DNA of 64,000 bases from positions 124,001 to 188,000 of the forward strand of contig MCFE01000054.1 of the NCBI GenBank assembly GCA_002104905.1. Reading direction: 5' to 3'. This stretch comes from Basidiobolus meristosporus CBS 931.73. Lineage: Eukaryota; Fungi; Basidiobolomycota. The notes under the pieces are model-generated. The model did not search any database. It saw nothing but the letters and a program-made list of their open reading frames with translations, and was not told the DNA's origin. Shown here piece by piece: positions 61,735 to 64,000 of this stretch (the stretch's first letter is position 1; each line of letters opens with the position of its first letter). A program made the translations under genes and the position numbers.

Positions 61735-62730
61735 ATGAAAGTTTTGAGCTTGACAGTTTTGAGTCTTGTTTCTTTGAGTACCGGTAATTACTTTTTGTCA
61801 TAATGATGGAGATGGCTTGTCATAACTGAATTTGTTTGATGTAGTTGTTTTCGCTCAGGAAACTGGTATAACCCCTTCTGGTGGTAAGTCTTCGTATTCT
61901 TGCCCTACACTGCTGTAGCCTTCTTTTAACGAGATTTTATAGCCCCAGCTGATACTCCTCAGCAATCCCCAAGTGAGTCCAAGTCTACCGTCATGCCTAC
62001 TGTCGCAACAAGTATGCCCTCTAACACACGTACACCAGTTTCGCCGGCACCCACTCAAGAAGCTAGTATAACACCATCTTCATCCGTTGTTGCCCCAACC
62101 ACGGAAGGTAGTAAATCACCCATCACCTCTTCTCAATCTCCGGTTTCAACTACTAATCCCCCACCCGTCACCACGCCTACTTCAGTAACTTCCGCTTCAA
62201 CTCCATCAACAACTAATCCACCGGTAACTTCTCCGTCACAACCACCCACAACCACCCCACCTCCGACTACCAAGTCTCCCGAAACTACTCCTCCTAACAC
62301 CACTGTACCGCCTACTACCATTCCACCTACAACAGTTCCTACCACTATTCCACCAACCACTGTACCCAATTCCCCATCCGCCTCGAAAGAAACAACTCCA
62401 CCAACAGTTCCTCCTACTTCTGACTCAATCAAACCCACATTGACAAGGCCAAACTCCGCTACACTCACACTTCCTTCGGTTGACACTCCAATAATTGTAA
62501 GCATTCCAAGCACAGGAGGAAAGCCTGTCAGCACCTTGCCCAACAGCGACGTTGTTGTTGATATTGTTGTCACTGCTACAGCCAAGGTTTCCGGAAAAGA
62601 TAGTACGGTACTTGCAACTGTTAAGGCTACCAATAGACCACCGCCATTCTCCAGCGCTACTACTGCATCAGCAGGTGTCTGGACTATGTCCGGTGCCGCC
62701 ATCCTTGCACTCGCATTAACATATATTTAA
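61735..62730 (+). CDS. Secreted Ser/Thr/Pro-rich, probably GPI-anchored cell-surface protein, 3 exons
   Basis: Signal peptide MKVLSLTVLSLVSLST|VVFAQ, PTT-rich stalk, C-terminal SSATTASAG followed by hydrophobic VWTMSGAAILALALTYI. Confidence 0.8.
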
Positions 62731-64000
62731 GAGCATGGAGCCACTATCATCTGTGGGATCTTGATATAACCATCAGCATATTCCTGTCAACTCCTACAAA
62801 TAGCAAGTATATTGCTATTCTAAACTCATCTTGTAATCAGTGAAATTGATGATGCCACCGAACAGCTTCATTTTCTTTGAATGTAACCAATGTATTTAAC
62901 CATCCAGTATATAATATTCAATTATATTCATTCCTCCATGGCAATTGGCATATTCGTTTGATCATTTGCAGGCTTACCAAATTTGATGGTAAGGCAGTCT
63001 TGAATCAGTTCTTATTTCTTCGCAGTTACCAGATTGAGCTGCCACTAAAGGGCCTAGTAGCCTATCAGCGAGTCTAAATTGGCCGCAGTTCTCAAAGTCG
63101 TCAGAGTGATTTGTTGAAAAAAGATGGGGCAAGCAGTGCGAAAAGAGAAAGGTAATAACCAATCCTAAATGTAAGAGACAGTAACGTTCTCATTTTAGTC
63201 CTCTGCCTCTGTTCCTGCTCTTGTTTAATCATTAGTTAGTGTCACTAAATCCTTCTCGCCAAATATTATTATTAAAATGCTTTGGTGTATAATATGAGGT
63301 TGGTTCAAGTCACAGGCTACTTGTTTGTGCAGGAGTGATTCTACTTTTAATCCAGTTTCTGAGTCTCCCTTTGCTGACAAGTAGTAGTTCAGGAATTCAT
63401 CATATCCTATCATTGTGACCTGCGGCAAACTGGGCCCATACGGTGCTACCATACTGTTCTGTTGAGATGGTTCGCGCCCCAAAACCCAAGGATCTCAGAA
63501 TTTATCCAGGACCATCGTTGGCGAACGTTATTTATGCCCAAGCTACATTCATGACGTAGGAAAGTGATTCTAATCCCAGTAATATTAAATCCACCACGTC
63601 AGTTGGTTCATTTTTAGTAGTAGTATCGTTCATATTACTCCTATTGAAGGGTTTCTATTGCTTATGTAGGCATTTTGCAACACATTTGAGCGGTGCGAGG
63701 AGCTCGTTCTTTTTATAATTGAGATATGAAATGTAAGTTCGGATAAACGCTATCCATCCAGTGGTGTATAATTTGGTAGTTTATCCAGTATAAGGATTGC
63801 ATTGTTATTCCATGTGATATAGATATCGAAGTATTTGGCAATCTCAGCGCGAACAAGCACAGGCTAATCAAGCGACACGCGCTCGATTTATCGAGTTGGA
63901 GATAGTTGTACTAGTCTGTAGTAATGTAATATATCACGGTTTCGTATCGGGGTCAATGATTAGAAATTGTAGGAGTGCACTCCAGTTTTGCATAAGCGTT

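Noticed and set aside
1-64000. CRISPR arrays, rRNA, tRNA genes, telomeric arrays
   Set aside because: None seen; the long repeats are LTRs, MITE-like elements or coding repeats.

Overview
Eukaryotic (fungal) genomic DNA with short spliceosomal introns. An early-diverging fungus (Zoopagomycota/Mucoromycota type) is inferred from gene content, CpG-depleted repeats and a minor-class intron; the species cannot be determined here. Fourteen intact host genes are recognisable: YHM2-type mitochondrial carrier, SPX-RING E3 ligase, TMEM184/OST-alpha transporter, Ctr2-type copper transporter, triose-phosphate-transporter family protein, PHO85-type cyclin, RhoGAP, two tandem MPV17/SYM1 paralogs, LAMMER kinase, NUP42-type CCCH/FG nucleoporin, class I G-alpha, ERF2-type DHHC palmitoyltransferase and a Ser/Thr/Pro-rich GPI-type surface protein. 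They are separated by two CpG-depleted transposon islands (~16-26.5 kb and ~37.4-42.2 kb) and decayed relics. Main observations: (1) a textbook U12-type AT-AC minor intron in the ERF2 gene (60110-60185), implying a minor spliceosome; (2) a young Ty1/copia element (17454-22496, TSD AACAT, LTRs differing at 3 of 350 nt) whose otherwise intact 1323-aa gag-pol is split by a solo LTR of its own family (TSD CAAAT), with a Ty5/copia-type half-tRNAiMet primer site and an LISSPP motif resembling the Ty5 targeting domain; (3) this element sits in a multi-layer nest bracketed by CACTA-starting inverted repeats next to a CMC/EnSpm transposase relic; (4) a ~275-bp CCCT...AGGG repeat family with TTAA-like flanks; (5) a 59-nt intron that is a diverged tandem copy of the exon that follows it. 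All domain calls come from manual motif recognition, not database searches.
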